60,000 nt of DNA, taken from Callorhinchus milii (Eukaryota). Position numbers and translations under genes: made by a program. The stretch is taken from assembly GCF_018977255.1 (NCBI RefSeq), contig NW_024704742.1, forward strand, positions 41,170,001 through 41,230,000, read 5' to 3'. The notes below the pieces were generated by a model. The model made no database searches and was not told the DNA's origin. It was given only the letters and a program-made list of their open reading frames with translations. Positions 52,951 to 60,000 of the stretch are shown here, piece after piece; positions within the stretch are counted from its first letter, which is position 1; each line of letters begins with the position of its first letter.

Positions 52951-54124
52951 TAAAACCCAGACAAGAGTTTAACGTTTAATTGTTGATACAATATCTGAAA
53001 TGTTTCACAGAATAAGAATTTGGTGAATAAATCCAATAAAAATGCAGAGTGGCAGATCATAAATATGCTGGCAGCCTTGGTAACTTGCTACAAAAAATGT
53101 GATTAATCAGCACAATATATCAGTACAATGTCAATAGATCAACACAATCACAAACACATACACATCTATGCAAGTTTAAATACAATACATTTATGGATTT
53201 CTATTTATTTTGTAGTAATTCTCTCTAAACAGTCGCACACAAACTGAGCTTTAAGATAAAAGCATAAAATAAACATTTTCTACAAGGATCCAAATCCAAA
53301 TTAAAATGACTCTCTCCCCACCTCCAACACACAAACCTAAAATGGAGATAACTAAACTACTAGTGGCTAAGAGTCGTACAAAAGGTATTTTTGATATAAG
53401 TTCAACTGTTCCATTTTGATTACGAGACAGAGAAAAAAAAGGGTCAGTGGAGAAGTGTGTGGCAACCGCAACAACCTTAAAGTCGGCTTTTAAACTGACT
53501 TTAAGCTGGAGTCAGGCTCCACAACTGTTAACTGTTGAGACTCTACCCCATGCGAAGGGCACTACATAAATAATAATACTTGGATTTGATATATAGTGTC
53601 TTATCGCATCATTGAGACATCTCAAAGTGCTTGTCCAAGTAAAATGCAAGCTGTTTTCGTGAAACTTTGAATCACAGCAGAAGAGATTGGTTCTGCAATC
53701 TGAATTATAGCTTTAGAAAACTTTCCCCAACTGCTGCTGCCTGTTAAGTTGTAGCACCCACTCTTTCACTCACTCACTCACACACACACACACAGACACA
53801 GCAGTTTGAAGTCGATCTGCACGGATTTCAAGACAAAGCAACAAAAAAAAACACATCAAAGGCTTGAAGACACACACTTTGTGTCTCCGCATCACTTTCC
53901 TGGTTTCAACACCGAGAAAAGTTGGAGCCAGTGCACAAGTTTGCCATTAAAGTCAGACACAACCTGAGACGCACACATTGGTGGTGGGGGGGAACGCAAG
54001 GAGAATAAACCTTGGCTGACTGGGTGGGGGGAGAGAACAGGCAGTGAAACAAAAGGTGCTGCCAAATCCATTCATTCAATGATCCATATGTTCATCCTAT
54101 CCATTCATTCATTCATTCCCCCAC

Positions 54125-54587
54125 TCTCTCTCTCTCTCTCTCTCTCTCTGTGTTCCTGGGGACACAGCGCTACTCTCACTCACTCTCACACTCTCACTCA
54201 CTCTCTCTCTCACACACTCTCATTCTCACACACTCACTCTCTCACACACTCACTCACACACACTCACTCTCTCACACACTCACACACACTCACTCACACA
54301 CATTCTCACACTCACTCACTCTCACACACACACACTCACTCTCACACACACACACTCACTCTCACACACACTCACTCCCTCTCACTCTCACACACTCATA
54401 CACACACTCACATACACACTCACATACACACACCCACTCTCACACATTCTCACACACTCACTCTCACACCCTTTCACTCACGCTCACTCTCTCTCACGCT
54501 CATTCACTCTTTCACACACTCACTCTCTCTCACGCACTCTCTCTGTCTCACTCTCACTCACTCACACACACACACACACACACACAG
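54125..54587. repeat. (CT)n/(CA)n/(CACT)n compound microsatellite
   Basis: Seen directly. Confidence 0.95.
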
Positions 54588-54874
54588 GGCGCCGCTCGCT
54601 CCGCTGTGTAAGAGGGCACCACTTTGTCCCACCCCAGAAGCCGGGCTCGGGGAGAGAGGGGGGAGAGGGGGGAGAGAGAGATGGTGATGGAGGGAGAGAG
54701 ATGGTGACCGTGTATGTGAGTGCCAGGGCCCAGGGCTGAGCCTGGGAGTGCAGTTCTTAAGGGGAGTGTGTGAGAGGCTGTGCTGACCCCCTCCTCCTCT
54801 CCCCGGGCAGTGCTGCCCAGACACAGCCCCAGACACAGCCCCAGACACAGACACAGCCCCAGACACAGACTTAC

Positions 54875-55070
54875 CAGCCGCTGCACAGGATGCAGAGCTG
54901 CTCTCAGGGTGTCCTCTCTCTCTCTCTCTCTCCTCAGTTCCAGGCTGCAGTTCTTCACCTGGAGCCCGGCATCAGCTGAGTGACAGGCCGCCAGCAGGCA
55001 AACAGGCAGCCAGGCAGCCAGGCAGGGGCGGGGGCTCCTCCAGAACAGGGGGCTCTCAGCCACCAACCAA
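54875..55070 (-). promoter_or_regulatory. Putative distal promoter and non-coding first exon of the LDB-like gene
   Basis: GC-rich island with a GC box (ggggcgggg at ~55025) and consensus donor CTG|gtaagt at 54875/54874. No ATG in frame with exon 2; contains a short uORF ATG CCG GGC TCC AGG TGA. The 5' limit is approximate. Confidence 0.5.
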
Positions 55071-55109
55071 CCAGCACCACCCCCCCCCCCCCCACACACA
55101 CACACACTA

Positions 55110-55915
55110 CACCACACACAGAGTGGCCACTGCACAAACACACAGTGTCCACTACACACACAGTGTCCACACAAACACACAGTGTCCACTACACACACAG
55201 TGTCCACACACACACAGCCACACAGTGTCCACTACACACACAGTGTCCACACACACACAGTGTCCACTACACACACAGTGTCCACTACACACACAGCCAC
55301 ACAGTGTCCACTACACACACAGTGTCCACTACACACACAGCCACACAGTGTCCACTACACACACAGTGTCCACACACACACACAGCCACACAGTGTCCAC
55401 TACACACACACTACACACACAGCCACACAACAACAACAACAACAAGATTCCATTTATAAAGCGCCTTTCACGTCAGGAGGACGTCCCAAGGCGCTGCACA
55501 GTTGGGTCAGGACCCGAGCAGGGGGGAAATGGTCAGGGTGAGGGGAGGGAAGGGAGGGAGCGAGGAGGGGGGAAATGGTCAGGGTGAGGGGAGGGAAGGG
55601 AGGGAGCGAGGAGGGGGGAAATGGTCAGGGTGAGGGGAGGGAAGGGAGGGAGCGAGGAGGGGGAAGAGAGTCGAGAGGGGAGCTGAAGGCTCGGTCAAAG
55701 ACACACAGTGTCCACATACTACACACACAGCCACACAGTGTCCACTACACACACACACAGCCACACAGTGTCCACACACACACTACACACACAGCCACAC
55801 AGTGTCCACTACACACACACGCAGTGTCCACTGCACACACAGTGTCCACACAGACTACACACACAGCCACACAGTGTCCACACACACACTACACACACAG
55901 CCACACAGTGTCCAC
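55110..55915. repeat. Minisatellite of acacagtgtccactacac / acacagcc units, split by an L2 insertion
   Basis: More than 20 cagtgtccac cores separated by variable CA runs. Confidence 0.92.
55427..55700 (-). mobile_element. Young L2 3' end inserted in the minisatellite
   Basis: Near-identical to 34993-35220, but with three rather than two 46-bp units. Confidence 0.9.
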
Positions 55916-57459
55916 ATATTACTGTATTAAACACAGCCAAATAGTATCCACATGCAATATTCATAACTAAATAATGTCCAAATACAATATACCATATACC
56001 CAGCCAAATAATGTCCACGTACATTACACACTGCTAATTCATGTTCACATACATTCAACAACAAAAACTTGCATTTATATAGCACCCCTCACGCAGGGTA
56101 GTGTCCCAGAGCACATTCACACAGCTAAATAATGTAACAGAAATAAAATAATAAACACATTTCAATGCACACCCAAATAATTTAGAAATGTAATATACAG
56201 CTAAATGATGAAATATACAATAGTACACATAGCCAAATAATGTACTCAGAGGACTACATAATGTGCATATTTTTGTTAAAACAAAGTAAAGTTATTTACT
56301 TTAGGTATTAAGTATTATAGCCCTGAATTTGGTTAATAGACTGTACACACACAATAATACAGACAGCTAAATAATGTACAAATACAATAGTTATATATGC
56401 ATATTTAATTCAAGAGATAGATATACTAACAAACGCACTATTTTGTTGTTAAAACAATGTGCATATATACAGACAGATCTAACTGATACAATAACACAAT
56501 ACGGTATAATGTGTTGTTGTATAAGGGTCTCAGTTTAGTAATACACAGGCATAAAATGTAAATATTCACTAACAAACAACCCTATGAGACAAAGGTGGTG
56601 AAGGCAGATTGCAGTAGCAAATTCAAGAAATAATTAGTTGTTTTGTTAATAAATTGATTGAGAGATATATGAGATAGAGTAATGGAGAATTATGTGTTTT
56701 ACTTTGAGAGTGAACACTTGAATTTTATTGTTCCCTCCAAACCTGTATATTAAGTTCTTGTTACATGACAATTAGACTGTTAAGCCCTTTAATTACCTGT
56801 ACTTTTTAACCAGGAGACTGCTGGAGAATCCTCTCACAGTTGATAATTTCTGTACATTTTCATCTAACTCACAATGAGTCTAAAATAAATATTGCAGTCA
56901 TTAAACTTTTATAACAGTAGAATTGTGTAACTGTAATCTTAAATCTAACTTAAATACAAAAACAGTTTGAATTAAAAATAATATATTTTGAAAATAATGC
57001 GAGCTTCTTCTGCCATTATTTTTTCTCTTGTAGAACATTTTCTTGTCTTCCCTATCTCTTTATTTTAACCATCTGTTTCTGTTAACCATCTCTATGCTTG
57101 ACCTATTTATAACTATAAAAACTATCATTCAGCTTTCACCATCCAACTTATTGGCTGACAAGTGACTTGATGGGTCTGTTTTGCAGTTTATGAAAACTTC
57201 AAAGATCAATGACTGGCAGGACTACATGACAGATGTAATCTTGTCAACTGCTGACATGAATTTTGTGCCTAAAAGAAAAAATGAGCACTGCGAGTGAGCA
57301 TATTGGTTAGTGCCCCCTCTCTTTGTGGCAAATGTCATTGTGGCAAGATTTTAATTGTGGCACTCCAAGGGTTAATATTGTTCATACCTCTTTAGGTTAC
57401 CTTTGACCTTATTCAGCTACAATGCTCAACATATCATCAATTTTATCCTGCAACATGTG

Positions 57460-57890
57460 TAAGCCTGCCTCAGTGGTAGCCTGTGACTCAGACCCTGTGT
57501 TCTGAACCTCAGATAGGGATTTGGAACTCACATAGGGTTAGACTCACATAGGCTGACACTCCAGTGCAGTGATGGGTGTGGTGTATTGTTGCAGATGACA
57601 TGTTTCGGATGAGACGTTAAACTAAAATCCCATCTGCCTGCTCAGGTGGATGTTAAAGATACTATGGCACTATTTGAAAAGAGAAGGGAAATTTTCCTTG
57701 TGGCCCTGGAACAACAAGCCTCCAAATAAAATTGGTCATTCCCTTCAATAGCTTCTGTAGGACAAAACTGTGCACAAAATTGGCTGCTGCATTCATCTAC
57801 AAATACATGGTGACTACATTGAACAATATATCCTGTGAATCACTTTGAGACGTCCTCCTGATGTGAAAGATGCAATACCAAATGTAAGAA
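57460..57890 (+). mobile_element. Deu-domain SINE (SacSINE1/AmnSINE1-like)
   Basis: ggctgacactccagtgcag...tttcggatgagacgttaaac...ctcaggtggatgttaaagat...atggcactatttgaa core followed by an L2-type tail. Confidence 0.75.
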
Positions 57891-58079
57891 TTGATAGAAC
57901 ATGTCTCTCCTTCTCAGAGGGAAATATTTCCTTTCTATTTACAACATTAAATATGTTCGCTTTATTTTAATTTGCAAGTTATCAATTTCAAAATTATTAT
58001 ATAAATGCTAAGATGTTTTGATGTCATTGACTGAAAATCAAATGGCAAGTATGTGTAAGAGAAATGGATGGACACACCC

Positions 58080-58455
58080 AATTTGCATATTCACTTGCAC
58101 TAAACTCCGAACCCCCATCCCCAGGATACACTGGAACCCATCGTCAAATCTGATCGATTTCAAGATCCTCACATTTCTTTTCAAAGCCATTCATGCCATA
58201 GTACCTCCCAACTGCCTTCGCTCGACTTGCTCCAGACTTCTGCATGTCCCTCGTGCCCTCTGTTCAACCATCGGCAGCCACACTTTCAGCCACTGTGCCC
58301 CAAAACTCTGGAACACTCTTCCTCTAACCCTCCACCTTACCCCTTCCTTCCCCATCTTCAGGTCGTGCCTGAAGACCGCCCCCTCCCACCGGTTTGGTGT
58401 CATGCTCAGCTACTGTCAAGCGCTCTAGGACGCTATATAAATGCATTTTGTTGTA
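58080..58455 (+). mobile_element. L2 3' fragment (family B)
   Basis: IDFKILTFLFKAIH...APKLWNTLP. Confidence 0.8.
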
Positions 58456-59261
58456 TAAATCACGTTACCATAAACCTCCCACATCATTGTAAATATAAAT
58501 GTTCTTATTGTTTCAGTTATAGTCAGCTTTGCAATGTTATGGTACAAACATAGAATTAAAGGATACAACTATATCTACAAAATAAGCCTCAAGCAATGTT
58601 ACTGATAAGGAGAACCTTTAGTCTCAAAGCTATGAAAATTTGCAACAGACATTTTGCAAAAGAAATTTATGCAGTCAATTAACTTAAAACATGTACTAGA
58701 TAAAGATATGGAGATGGAATGAAAGCTATGGAACAAAAGCTATCCATTTTGATGATGGCCATGTATGATCAAATATTCCAGGGGAATATTATGGTCCTTA
58801 TGCTGCTGCAAATGCTAAACAGATAGCTGTCCAGGAGGTTGAACAGCAGAGATGAGTTTGGATAACTATGATGATTATCTTTGGGAGGTTGGGGAGAAAT
58901 TGTGTAGGGGTAGTTTTAGGTTGGTTGCTTCATGGAGGGTGAAGGTTAGATACCCCCAAAACACATCAGAGGTAATAAAAATATAAAATCAGCAGCTTGC
59001 CAGATAGTTAAAGGTATTGCCTGGTGTAGGCAACCATACAGATCAAAAAAGTTCAGCTCCTGGTCTTATGTCAAGTTAGGTTATCTCAATTAGTGTTCCT
59101 CTTTCTATTGCTATCTCATTTCTATTGACAGTCTTTGTAAATGTCCCCTTATAGTTAAACAGACGTGAAAAGCAATCTCTTGGCTCATACACAAAAGCTG
59201 AGACCCTTGAATTAGGTTTAGGAGGGTGCTAGTACCCTGTACCTGCACAACATCAATGATT

Positions 59262-59346
59262 CGGGTCCCGACCCCTGACTGTTCAGCGCTTTGGGACATC
59301 CTCCCGACGTGAAAGGCGCTCTATAAATGTAATTTTGTTGTTGTTG
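59262..59346 (+). mobile_element. L2 3' terminal stem-loop and (TTG)n tail
   Basis: Close match to the reverse complement of 755-835. Confidence 0.8.
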
Positions 59347-60000
59347 ATTCAGTACTTCTGCAGAGGAACAGCAGGAGGCTAGAACAAAAATGGAACTAAC
59401 AAGGATATATAACTTGCTTTAATTATGGCAGGCTGCAATGTTTGGATAGGGGCATCAATAACTTCTCATCTCCATTTTACACAACACATCCACACTTGTG
59501 TCAAGATAACATTACATTAAGTACAAAAATACATTTGTAAAAAGCAGCAAGATGTTCACACAAGGTACTGTGTTATGCAGAGAATCATCCATGATAGTTC
59601 ATCACAGGCAGGTAAAGCATTCTACCTATTAAACTGGAACATTCAGAACAACATTTAAGTGAAAATGTACCACGAAACTGGCAACATGAACTGATGTTGC
59701 AACTGTTAAATTTGTAACACAAATGAGATCAAAGGAGTCAACAAACAGTTTTTCGAATGGAATGGGTAGATAGATACCAGTACTGAATGGAAAGAAATCA
59801 TACACAAGTGGATTCAATGTGTCTCCTTGCTGCAACAAAAGAAACAGTTAATGTGGATAAAATAGACTGATTCTGGCAGAACTAGTGGTTTGCTGCCCTA
59901 TTAAATGATCTATTGGTTGTATCTCATTTACATGATACAATTATATTTATCTTACTTTCTTGGGTTGCATTTAAATTTTCTTCTCATATTTTCAGTTTTC

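Larger units (their letters stand above)
1..55070 (-). other. LDB1-like: 5' portion of a LIM domain-binding protein (LDB1/LDB2/Chip family) gene; continues beyond position 1
   Basis: Minus-strand exons 21882-21990 and 20112-20150 with canonical AG/GT sites encode KLYSP.E...TMLDRDMG|PAYP...EPDMG, resembling the LDB1 N-terminus (KLYSPKE...TMLDRDVG|PTPMYPPTYLEPGIG, recalled). The upper limit of the span relies on the putative first exon at ~54875-55070. Confidence 0.7.

Noticed and set aside
55110..55915. Regularly recurring cagtgtccac motif resembling a CRISPR array
   Set aside because: Spacers are CA runs rather than unique sequence, the context is vertebrate and there are no cas genes.
54079..55970. 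Long His/Thr/Ser-rich and Cys/Val-rich ORFs
   Set aside because: They are translations of CA microsatellite and minisatellite DNA.

Overview
Eukaryotic, repeat-rich vertebrate DNA. The repeat families (L2 and CR1 LINEs, Deu-domain SINEs, tRNA-derived SINEs with L2 tails, Penelope-like fragments) point to a cartilaginous fish, though this is inferred. Almost the whole window appears to be the 5' part of one minus-strand gene of the LIM-domain-binding (LDB1/LDB2/Chip) family. Two small coding exons (21882-21990, 20112-20150) translate to GYYPLKPSKLYSPQEFQPTFPIPFPFNSNTMLDRDMG|PAYPSSFTEPDMG. They match LDB1 exons 2-3 in motif and intron phase but are more diverged than expected for a true LDB1 orthologue. 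Candidate upstream exons are a GC-rich non-coding first exon (~54875-55070), a coding first exon (31800-31848) and a symmetric 21-nt microexon (25771-25791). A possible internal alternative first exon lies at 18470-18735. I could not find the next conserved exon (RHTPY...), so it probably lies beyond position 1. The introns contain a 5.8-kb CR1 with a young L2 and a young SINE nested in it, many L2/SINE fragments, palindromic MITE-like elements, an 83-bp near-perfect inverted repeat and a promoter-proximal minisatellite. Most ORFs in the supplied track are retroelement fragments or simple-repeat artefacts. All family comparisons are from memory; no database search was run.
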